A DNA stretch of 32,274 bases from Polyangiaceae bacterium (lineage in GTDB: Bacteria > Myxococcota_A > Polyangia > Polyangiales > Polyangiaceae). Shown in pieces: positions 16,076 to 22,715 of the stretch (positions within the stretch are counted from its first letter, which is position 1; each line of letters starts with the position of its first letter). The notes beneath the pieces were generated by a model that was given only the letters and a program-made list of their open reading frames with translations, had not been told where the DNA came from and searched no databases. The translations under genes were made by a program, and so were the position numbers. The stretch spans positions 1 to 32,274 of the forward strand of contig JBGANF010000094.1 of the NCBI GenBank assembly GCA_044222475.1, given 5' to 3'.

Positions 16076-17851
16076 TCACTTGCCGCGCCGGCGCATGGCG
16101 CCGACCGCGACCGCTGCCAGCAGCGCGAGGACACCTGCACCGCCGCCGGCCGACCCGGTCGAGTCGCAGTTGCAGCCTTCGCCGACCGCCGTCGGCGGGA
16201 CGGTCGGTCCTGCGTCGGCCGGGGAGTAGGGCAGGGCGGGACGCGCGAAGGGCGACACGTTCTTCGACGTCGTCGTGTCGCTGGTTCGCGCGAGCCAGTA
16301 CGCCGCGAGGAAATCGCCGCCCGGCATCATCCGCGACGACGGACCGCCGTTCACGCGGTGGGGATCGCTGCGCCATTCGAAATCGGAGTCGGGTCGCACG
16401 CTCTGCGGGACGATCGCGTCCGCGACGACGGTCCCGCCCCAGCCCTTCTCCTTGGCGAGCGTGATGGTCGTCTTGCCGTCGATCGCGAGGCACTTCCCGG
16501 CGGAGATCTCCTGGGCGTCGCAGTTGTTCCGATCGCGCTCGATCGCGGGGGCGTCCGCGAATCCGAGGAGGTTCGCTGCGATCCGCGCCTCGAGACCGGC
16601 GTCGGGGCTGGCGGCGTAGCTCCCGTAGATCGCGTCGAACCAGGCCTGCTTCGCGTGCGACGCGTCGCGCGAGTCGCCGGTGTTCCAGAACTGCTTCGTG
16701 AGCGTCTCGTCGAGTCGCTGCCGCACGTACGGATCGGTCTCGACCCGGCCGATGGTCGCGAGCGCGATCGCGAGCATGTTGGCGTTCGAGTAGTTCGTCG
16801 GCGCGCCGATGAAGAGGAGCCCCGCGTTCGCCGCCATCTGCGCCGGGAGGTCTCGACGTCCGACGAGCTCCTCGTAGTAGAACCGGCCGAGGTCTTCGTT
16901 TCCGGTGACGTGGTAGGCGGCGCGGATCACGCCGAGCGCCATGGCGGCGTTGAATCCATTTCGGAGCGTCGAGCTCTCGGGGAGGGGGGGGCCGTTGCCC
17001 AGGTTGCGCGGGTTGAGATCGTAGAAGCTCGTGAGCCGGCCGTCGGCGTCGCGCAGGCAGAGATCGACGCCGGTCTCGGGCGTGATCTCCATGAGGCGCT
17101 TGGCGAAGAGCCCGAGATCGGCGGCGAGGAGGGCGGCGAGGTCCTTCGGGGCCGCGGGGTCGTCGTGCAGGGCGTCCCAGAGCCACGTGACGGCGAGGGC
17201 GTAGCCGCTCACCTGGTCCTTGCTGGTGTCGTCGAACCAGATCCAGTCGGCGAATCCGGGCGCGACCGGCGCGCGCCACACCGGCTCCTTCTTGGTCGGC
17301 AGCGGATTCCCGGAGCCATCCTTCAGCGGGACGAGAGCGGGGAGGGTTCCCGGGAGCGTCTCTCCCGGTTGCTCCGCCTTGATCCGTCGCACGCCTCGAG
17401 CGACGACGCCGGGGCCGCCGATGGTGCCGTAGACGTGCCACGCGCGCGCCGCGCGCACGGCGGCGTCGCGGGCGCGGGCGACGTCGGCAGCCGGCGCGCC
17501 GGTACCACGAAGGTACATGAGACGCGCCGCGATCCCGACGCTCGCGATGCCGGCGAAGTTCCCCTCGTCGCCGTGCTCGTCATAGAATGCGAGGACGGCG
17601 AAGGGCTGCTTACCGGTCTGCTTCGCGAAGTCGGGTTCGGCGGTCTGGGCGAAGAACGCTTGCACGAGAGGTACGTCGGGCGGGTTGACGATCGGATCGA
17701 GGAAGAGGCCGTTCTCGCGGGTCGAGAAGACGATCTCCTGTCGCTCGTAGGCAGCGGCCTTGGCGGTGAGCGGTGGCGTGGGGCCGAGCAGCGGTGCGGC
17801 GAGCGCCGGCGACGTGACCAGCAGCGCAGCGAGCGCGACACGGATCCTCAT
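16076..17851 (-). CDS. Secreted 591-aa protein with a MYXO-CTERM-like sorting signal; probable helical enzyme of unknown function
   Basis: Signal peptide MRIRVALAALLVTSPALA. C-terminus GEGCNC-DSTGSAGGG-AGVLALLAAVAVGAM-RRRGK. ATG 17851 overlaps the upstream stop (ATGA). Confidence 0.8.
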   Translation of the reverse strand: MRIRVALAALLVTSPALAAPLLGPTPPLTAKAAAYERQEIVFSTRENGLFLDPIVNPPDVPLVQAFFAQTAEPDFAKQTGKQPFAVLAFYDEHGDEGNFAGIASVGIAARLMYLRGTGAPAADVARARDAAVRAARAWHVYGTIGGPGVVARGVRRIKAEQPGETLPGTLPALVPLKDGSGNPLPTKKEPVWRAPVAPGFADWIWFDDTSKDQVSGYALAVTWLWDALHDDPAAPKDLAALLAADLGLFAKRLMEITPETGVDLCLRDADGRLTSFYDLNPRNLGNGPPLPESSTLRNGFNAAMALGVIRAAYHVTGNEDLGRFYYEELVGRRDLPAQMAANAGLLFIGAPTNYSNANMLAIALATIGRVETDPYVRQRLDETLTKQFWNTGDSRDASHAKQAWFDAIYGSYAASPDAGLEARIAANLLGFADAPAIERDRNNCDAQEISAGKCLAIDGKTTITLAKEKGWGGTVVADAIVPQSVRPDSDFEWRSDPHRVNGGPSSRMMPGGDFLAAYWLARTSDTTTSKNVSPFARPALPYSPADAGPTVPPTAVGEGCNCDSTGSAGGGAGVLALLAAVAVGAMRRRGK

Positions 17852-18438
17852 TTGCAGTAGCTGAGCCACGCGAGGTTCGTCTGGGCGGGGAGGGCCGTGC
17901 ACACGCCGGCGTCGGCGCACTCCGCGGAGGTCCGGCACAGGCGGACGCCTGGGAAGCCGGGGCAGTCCGCGGGGAGCGTGCAGGTGGAGGTGCCGGTCGA
18001 CGGACCGCCGAATTTGCCGCAGCACACCTCGCCCTTGCCGCACTGCCCGCTGTAGTCGCAGTGGATGGTGATGGCAGAGCCCCCGTCGGCGGTGCACGTG
18101 CTCGCCGTGCCCAGGATGCACGAGGTGGCGTTGCCGACGGAGCAGCACGTCTGCGTCGCGAAGTTGCACGTGAGGCTCGCACCGCACCGCAGGACGGACG
18201 GGCTCCCGCTGTCGACGACGGCTGCGTCGACCGACGCATCCAGGGTGACGTCGCCGCCGTCGGAGCCGTCGGTCCCTGCTGCGCCGTCGATGGATGTCTC
18301 GCTGGACGCGACGTCGACGGAGGCGCCGTCCGGCGCCACCGACGCGTCGGCGGCTACATCGAGCGAGCTCAAGCCGGAGACGAGCGCGCACCCCGGCGCG
18401 CACCCGATCCACAGCAGAGTCAAATGGCGGAGCCGCAC
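17848..18438 (-). CDS. Cys-rich lipoprotein, 196 aa
   Basis: GTG 18438 gives MRLRHLTLLWIGCAPGC-ALVSGLSSL, then a DAS/DGA linker and a C-terminal domain with 16 Cys (CC pairs). Confidence 0.75.
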   Translation of the reverse strand: MRLRHLTLLWIGCAPGCALVSGLSSLDVAADASVAPDGASVDVASSETSIDGAAGTDGSDGGDVTLDASVDAAVVDSGSPSVLRCGASLTCNFATQTCCSVGNATSCILGTASTCTADGGSAITIHCDYSGQCGKGEVCCGKFGGPSTGTSTCTLPADCPGFPGVRLCRTSAECADAGVCTALPAQTNLAWLSYCK

Positions 18439-18460
18439 GGTCTGAGCGTAGCATCTGCGG
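18439..18460. promoter_or_regulatory. Bidirectional overlapping -10 elements driving two putatively leaderless genes
   Basis: + strand TAGCAT (18449-18454) + 6 nt + ATG 18461. - strand TACGCT (18450-18445) + 6 nt + GTG 18438. Confidence 0.6.
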
Positions 18461-19042
18461 ATGCGGAGAGCGTGGCCGGTCCTTGGCTTTGCCGTCGTCG
18501 TGGTCGCATGCGGCGCGCGAACACCCCTCGCGACGGGCGGCTCGGATGCCTCGGTCGACGCCGGGATCAAAGACGCCCGCACCGACGCGAAAAAGCCCGA
18601 CGGCGGGCCGTGCACCTGCGGCGACACGCGGATGAACGAGAACGAGACCCCGTTCGACAACTGCGTGCAGGGGGCGGGCTTCATCGCGTTCGCGGTGAAG
18701 ACCGCCTGCGACACGCCGGTCGGGCAGATTCAGGTGCACACGAACGCGATCACGTTGGGGCTGCTCGCGAGCGCGGGTGACGCGCCTGGCGCGGTGATCG
18801 TGCCGCCGACCACGCCCCAGGTCCCCGAGCCGGGATGGACGAGCATCTCTCCGACGGGCGTGACGATGCTCGGGGGCGTGACCTACTACGTGATCATCGG
18901 CAACGACCACAAGCCGCCGGGGGTCGGTTGCGACTACTCGGACACGGGCGACCAGACCGACTACTGGGGCGGCGAGATCGGGAACTTCGACGGGCCGTAC
19001 TACGCGGCGTACGTGGCCCGAATCATCGCGGCGTGCAAGTGA
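18461..19042 (+). CDS. Lipoprotein of unknown function, 193 aa
   Basis: MRRAWPVLGFAVVVVAC-GARTPL lipobox, DAS/DAG linker, small Cys-containing beta-rich domain. Confidence 0.8.
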   Translation: MRRAWPVLGFAVVVVACGARTPLATGGSDASVDAGIKDARTDAKKPDGGPCTCGDTRMNENETPFDNCVQGAGFIAFAVKTACDTPVGQIQVHTNAITLGLLASAGDAPGAVIVPPTTPQVPEPGWTSISPTGVTMLGGVTYYVIIGNDHKPPGVGCDYSDTGDQTDYWGGEIGNFDGPYYAAYVARIIAACK

Positions 19043-19044
19043 CG

Positions 19045-19121
19045 TGGTGGGCCGGCCGGGACTCGAACCCGGGACCTACGGATTAAAAGTCCGCAGCTCT
19101 AACCAACTGAGCTACCAGCCC
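19045..19121 (-). tRNA. tRNA-Lys (anticodon UUU) with encoded CCA
   Basis: GGGCTGG-TAGCTCAGTTGGTTAGAGC-T-GCGGA-CT-TTT-AA-TCCGT-AGGTC-CCGGG-TTCGAGT-CCCGG-CCGGCCC-A-CCA folds into a complete cloverleaf. Confidence 0.97.
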
Positions 19122-19198
19122 AAAAGAGACAATAAGTTCCAACGTTTGTAACCGAACGTTGGAGTCATTTCGAAGGGCCCGCGCGGCGCGGGCGCCTC

Positions 19199-19207
19199 CT
19201 TCTAGCA
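19199..19207 (-). promoter_or_regulatory. Probable tRNA promoter (extended -10 TGcTAGAAG followed by a GC-rich discriminator)
   Basis: About 78 nt upstream of the tRNA 5' end, followed by GC-rich GAGGCGCCCGCGCC. Confidence 0.45.
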
Positions 19208-19281
19208 CTCGCCCGCCGCGATGTTGAGCGGGATCGTCGGCACGGACGGCCCGAACGCGCTCCGTCCGACTCGCCAGCCGG

Positions 19282-19536
19282 CTAACGTTCTGCGCGGACG
19301 CGCTTCTTCAGCGCGCGGAGCTCGGCTTCGACTTCCTTGTCGAGCTTCTTCTTTGCGGCTGCGCGCTCTTTCGCCTTCTTCGCGGCTTCCCGCGCGAGTA
19401 CCTCGGGTGGAACCGGCGGCGCCGGTGGCGGCGACGGCGGGTCCTCCTTGGTCGCTTCGGCGTAGACGTCGCGGGCCGCCGATGCTCCGAGCATCCAGGC
19501 GAAACCCTCCGCGACCTTCCCGGCGAACCACCGCAT
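19282..19536 (-). CDS. Small hypothetical protein, 84 aa (amphipathic N-terminal helix, Pro linker, basic coiled coil)
   Basis: MRWFAGKVAEGFAWMLGASAARDVY..PPSPPPAPPVPP..AREAAKKAKERAAAKKKLDKEVEAELRALKKRVRAER. ATG 19536 follows a TAGGTC -10-like box. Confidence 0.65.
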   Translation of the reverse strand: MRWFAGKVAEGFAWMLGASAARDVYAEATKEDPPSPPPAPPVPPEVLAREAAKKAKERAAAKKKLDKEVEAELRALKKRVRAER

Positions 19537-19602
19537 GCGACGACCTACGGCCGCAAGGGTCGGGACCTTCCCGCGAGACGCGATCCCAACTTGGGACGCA
19601 GG

Positions 19603-19692
19603 AAAAACGGGGTCCGAAGAGACCGCCCGCCCACGTGCGCGGTCTCTCCGGACGAGACGGCGCGGCTCACACCATTGTGAGCCGCACCGTCC
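19603..19692 (-). ncRNA. Candidate ~90-nt small RNA (or structured leader): two long hairpins plus a U-tract
   Basis: Hairpin 1 GGACGGUGCGGCUCACA-AUGG-UGUGAGCCGCGCCGUCU (17 bp). Hairpin 2 GUCCGGAGAGACCGC-12 nt-GCGGUCUCUUCGGAC (15 bp). Then CCCGUUUUU. The internal mismatches are G-U pairs only on the - strand. Confidence 0.55.
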
Positions 19693-19704
19693 GAGGCCCC
19701 CTAT

Positions 19705-19721
19705 TCCAACAGTCGTGCCAA
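19705..19721 (-). promoter_or_regulatory. Sigma54 (-24/-12) promoter
   Basis: TTGGCACG-ACTG-TTGGA versus consensus YTGGCACG-N4-TTGCW; the single deviation is at -12 (C to G). Predicted +1 at about 19692-19694. Candidate enhancer palindrome TGCCA-AATC-TGTCA at 19762-19775. Confidence 0.6.
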
Positions 19722-19809
19722 CGCGTTTTCTCGGCATTTTTCGACGTTGGCGCGCCGCCACTGCCAAATCTGTCAGCTCCGTCTGCCAGCCTTGTCTATC
19801 CTCGCACGC

Positions 19810-20322
19810 ATGCGAGGCCTTCCCGCTCTCTCCCTCACCGCTGCCGTTCTCGTCGCTTCCTGCCAAGACAAGCCGGCGCCGACCGCAGCGTCTGCGACGG
19901 CGCCCGCGACTGCGACCGCGTCAGCGCCCGCATCCGCGACTGCATCCGCCGCCGCGTCGGTGCCCGCGACCGCGTCGGCCGCGCCGAAGCCGCCTCCCGA
20001 ATCGATCGCTTGCCAGCACGTGCTGGTCGCCTACAAGGGCGCGAAGAACGCCCCCGCCGGGGTGACGCGCACGAAGGCCGAAGCGAAGGCCCGCGCGGAC
20101 GAGGTCCACAACAAGGCGGTCGCCGGGATGGACTTCACGAAGCTCGCGCAGGACTACTCGGACGACCAAGGCTCGCGCGAGCGTCTCGGGAGCGTCGGCA
20201 AGTTCAAGCGCGACGGGATGGTGAAGCCCTTCTCCGACGCGGCGTTCGCCCTGCAGGTCGACGGCATCAGCGACGTCGTCGAGACGCCGTTCGGCTTCCA
20301 CGTGATCAAACGGAACCAGTAG
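19810..20322 (+). CDS. Parvulin-type peptidyl-prolyl cis-trans isomerase lipoprotein, 170 aa
   Basis: Lipobox VLVASC, Ala/Thr/Ser linker, rotamase motifs HVLVAYKG, FTKLAQDYSDD and MVKPFSDAAFAL..ISDVVETPFGFHVIKR. ATG 19810 lies 7 nt after TATCCT. Confidence 0.92.
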   Translation: MRGLPALSLTAAVLVASCQDKPAPTAASATAPATATASAPASATASAAASVPATASAAPKPPPESIACQHVLVAYKGAKNAPAGVTRTKAEAKARADEVHNKAVAGMDFTKLAQDYSDDQGSRERLGSVGKFKRDGMVKPFSDAAFALQVDGISDVVETPFGFHVIKRNQ

Positions 20323-20355
20323 AACGGCCCCGCGAGCGATCTCACGGGGCCGTTC
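20322..20355. terminator. Hairpin between the convergent PPIase and metallothionein-like genes
   Basis: GAACGGCCCCG(c)GAG-cgat-CTC(a)CGGGGCCGTTC; a 15-bp stem, fully paired (one G-U) on the - strand. No long U-tract. Confidence 0.65.
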
Positions 20356-20359
20356 GAGG

Positions 20360-20515
20360 TCAGCCCTTCCGGCTGCAGCAACCGCATCCGCTGCAGGTGC
20401 AGGGCTCCGAGCACCCGCACTTCGGGGCGCAGCGGCAGTCTTTGGCGGCGGTGCCGCAGCGGCACGAGGCGGTGTCACAAGCGTTGCAGGCGCACTTCGT
20501 TTCTTTGGTCGACAT
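20360..20515 (-). CDS. Metallothionein-like Cys-rich peptide, 51 aa, 14 Cys
   Basis: Not in the ORF track. MSTKETKCACNACDTASCRCGTAAKDCRCAPKCGCSEPCTCSGCGCCSRKG. SD AAGGAG 6 nt before ATG; 13 of 14 Cys codons are TGC; hairpin immediately downstream. Confidence 0.85.
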   Translation of the reverse strand: MSTKETKCACNACDTASCRCGTAAKDCRCAPKCGCSEPCTCSGCGCCSRKG

Positions 20516-20559
20516 GATGTTCTCCTTGGGGTTGCACGGAATCGTGCTTCACCTCTGCC

Positions 20560-20585
20560 GACGCAGCCCTCTCTCTGGCATTACA
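20560..20585 (-). promoter_or_regulatory. ECF-type promoter TGTAA-N17-CGTC upstream of the metallothionein-like gene
   Basis: TGTAA (20585-20581), 17 nt, CGTC (20563-20560). Would give a ~40-nt 5' UTR containing the SD. Confidence 0.5.
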
Positions 20586-20676
20586 CCCCCGTGAACGGGC
20601 GGTGACGGTGGCGACGGAACCCCCGCGTTTCTTGGCGTTTTTCGGCGGGCATGAGATTCGCTAGGGCGCCTTCGTC

Positions 20677-22698
20677 ATGCGCCGTCTTCGCTTCACCCCT
20701 CGCGCGGCCTTCGGCGCCGTCGCCCTCCTCGCCGCAGCCTGCGGCGGGTCTCGCCTCAGCAGCGGCCCGGCGCAGGTCCCGCTCGTCACCGTGACGTCCG
20801 CCGAGCAGGCGACCCTCGAACGCCAGTCGGTCGTGGTCTCGGACAAGGCCGCCCCCAGCTTTCACCTCGGGTACAACAGCGTCTTCCGGAGCCACAAGCG
20901 CGTCTACGTCACCGCCGACGCGATGCTCTACGCGTGGCACCACTCGTACGACGCCATCCTGATGGAGCTCGAGACGAGCGCCCTGATCGGGAAGCTGCGG
21001 GAGATGCTCTCGGGCCTGCGCTCCGCCGTCGCGTCGGCGCCCGCCGACGCAGCCGCTCGCGCGGACGTCGACGCGTACCTCACGGTCGCGCTCTCGCTGC
21101 TCGAGGGGAAACCGGTCGCTCCGGTCGCCGGGGCCTCCGCAAAGGACGTCGACGCGATCGTCGCGCTGGCGACGGCCGCCGACGGCGACGGCACGCTGTC
21201 GCTCGTCGGGCAGGACATCCACTTCGACTACTCGATGCTCAAGCCGCGCGGGCACTACACCCAGTCGCCGGAGCTCTCGCGCTACTTCCGCGCGATGGCC
21301 TTCGTCGGTCGGGTCGAGCTCCGACTCGCGACTCGGGAGCTCGGCAAGCCGTGGAAGGTCTCGCGACGCGCGGTCGCCGCGACCGAGCTCCTTCGCAGCG
21401 CCTTCGCGGCCATGCCGGCGGCGAAGAGCGCGTGGGCGACGCTCGACACGACGCTCGCCGCGCTCGTCGGTCCGCCGGACTCGATGGGCGAGGGAGCCTA
21501 CGAGCGTGCGATGTCGAAGCTCGATCCGAAGACCGCCACCGACGACCAGCTCGTCGCCGCGCTCCTCGAGCCGTCGACCCAGCGCGTGAGCACGCAGCTC
21601 GCGCCGCCCGAGCGGAAGGACATCGCCTACGTGGTCCTCGGCCAGCGCTACGTCGCCGACGCGCACACGTTCACCGACGTGACCTACGGCGCGCTCCAGA
21701 CCAAGCGCATGATGCCGACGCCGCTCGACGTCGGACACGTCGTCTTCCGCAACCCGGCCGCGAACGAGCTCCTCGCCTCGGAGAAGAAGACCTTCGGCGC
21801 GGAGTACGAAGGCGCGCTGCTGTCCAGCGCGACCCGCATCGACGCCGAGCGCGGCGACCTCGCGAACCTGGCGAAAGGCGGCAGCCTCTATCACGGCTGG
21901 CTCTTCGCGCTTCGCGAGCTCAGCCCGGACAAGGATCGCGACGCCGGCTTGCCCGCGCCGTTCACGACGAACCTGTGGGCGCGCCGCATGCTGAACACCC
22001 AGCTCGCGTCGTGGGCCGAGCTCCGCCACGACAACCTGCTCTACGCAAAGCAGTCGGTCACCGCCGAGGCGGGGTGCGACTACCCCGACGGCTACGTCGA
22101 TCCGTACCCCGCGTTCTGGCAGGCGTACGCCGCGCTCGGCACCAAGGGCCTTTCGCTCACCGAGAGCCTCCCGCTCGCGGTGCCGGCGAAGGAGCGGCTC
22201 CGCACGTACTTCGCCCGCGTCGCCACCGCCGGCCAGCGACTCGCCGAGATCGCGGACCGCGAACGCAAGAACCTCCCCATCACCGACGAAGACGGCGAGT
22301 TCTTCAACCACATGGTCTCGGTCGACGGCCGCAACGCCGTCTGCACGACCGTCCTCGACCCCGGCGGCTGGTACGCCGACCTCTATTACGACAAACGCGC
22401 CGCGCTCTGGCACGAGGCCGTCATCGCGGACGTCCACACCCAGCCGACCGACGAAGACGGAAACCGCGTCGGCAAGGTCCTCCACGTCGCGACGGCGCGC
22501 CCGCGCATGATGGCGATCACCGTCGCCCACGACGGCGGCGCCCATCCGCAGACGTACTTCGGCTTCGTCTCGACCTACGCCGAGATCACGACCGCCAACT
22601 ACCAGCGCCTCACCGATCAAGACTGGCGCGCGACGCTCGACCAGGGCGTGCCCGTCCCAAGTTGGGAAGCCGACCTCACTCCGACCTCGCGTCCCTGA
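20677..22698 (+). CDS. DUF3160-like lipoprotein, 673 aa
   Basis: Lipobox LLAAAC. Motifs recalled for DUF3160: YAWHHSYD..L..LE, KPRGHYT..L.RYFRAM, GQRY..D, LNTQLASWAELRHDNLLYAKQS, GYVDPYP, IADVHT. Confidence 0.8.
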   Translation: MRRLRFTPRAAFGAVALLAAACGGSRLSSGPAQVPLVTVTSAEQATLERQSVVVSDKAAPSFHLGYNSVFRSHKRVYVTADAMLYAWHHSYDAILMELETSALIGKLREMLSGLRSAVASAPADAAARADVDAYLTVALSLLEGKPVAPVAGASAKDVDAIVALATAADGDGTLSLVGQDIHFDYSMLKPRGHYTQSPELSRYFRAMAFVGRVELRLATRELGKPWKVSRRAVAATELLRSAFAAMPAAKSAWATLDTTLAALVGPPDSMGEGAYERAMSKLDPKTATDDQLVAALLEPSTQRVSTQLAPPERKDIAYVVLGQRYVADAHTFTDVTYGALQTKRMMPTPLDVGHVVFRNPAANELLASEKKTFGAEYEGALLSSATRIDAERGDLANLAKGGSLYHGWLFALRELSPDKDRDAGLPAPFTTNLWARRMLNTQLASWAELRHDNLLYAKQSVTAEAGCDYPDGYVDPYPAFWQAYAALGTKGLSLTESLPLAVPAKERLRTYFARVATAGQRLAEIADRERKNLPITDEDGEFFNHMVSVDGRNAVCTTVLDPGGWYADLYYDKRAALWHEAVIADVHTQPTDEDGNRVGKVLHVATARPRMMAITVAHDGGAHPQTYFGFVSTYAEITTANYQRLTDQDWRATLDQGVPVPSWEADLTPTSRP

Positions 22699-22715
22699 AG
22701 TGATACGCTGCGGTC

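Noticed and set aside
17852..18910. ORF-track N-terminal extensions of the 944-aa and 288-aa ORFs
   Set aside because: Signal peptides begin at ATG 17851 and GTG 18438; the extensions overlap other real genes.
19045..19121. tRNA-Lys as an integration site for a genomic island
   Set aside because: I saw no integrase, no duplicated tRNA 3' end and no compositional shift in the window.
19664..19683. GGCTCA...TGAGCC in the sRNA hairpin as another target promoter of the ECF sigma factor
   Set aside because: No CGCKAC follows 15 nt downstream on either strand; the hexamers are explained by stem pairing.
19870..19995. Tandem-like GCGACTGC/GCGCCCGC repeats
   Set aside because: They encode the low-complexity Ala/Thr/Ser/Pro linker of the PPIase lipoprotein. 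Not a CRISPR array or VNTR; similar linkers occur in the other lipoproteins.
19584..22667. Identical 15-bp inverted copies as terminal inverted repeats of a transposon or invertible segment
   Set aside because: No transposase or recombinase lies between them, one copy is inside an intact gene, and both belong to the larger dispersed motif family.
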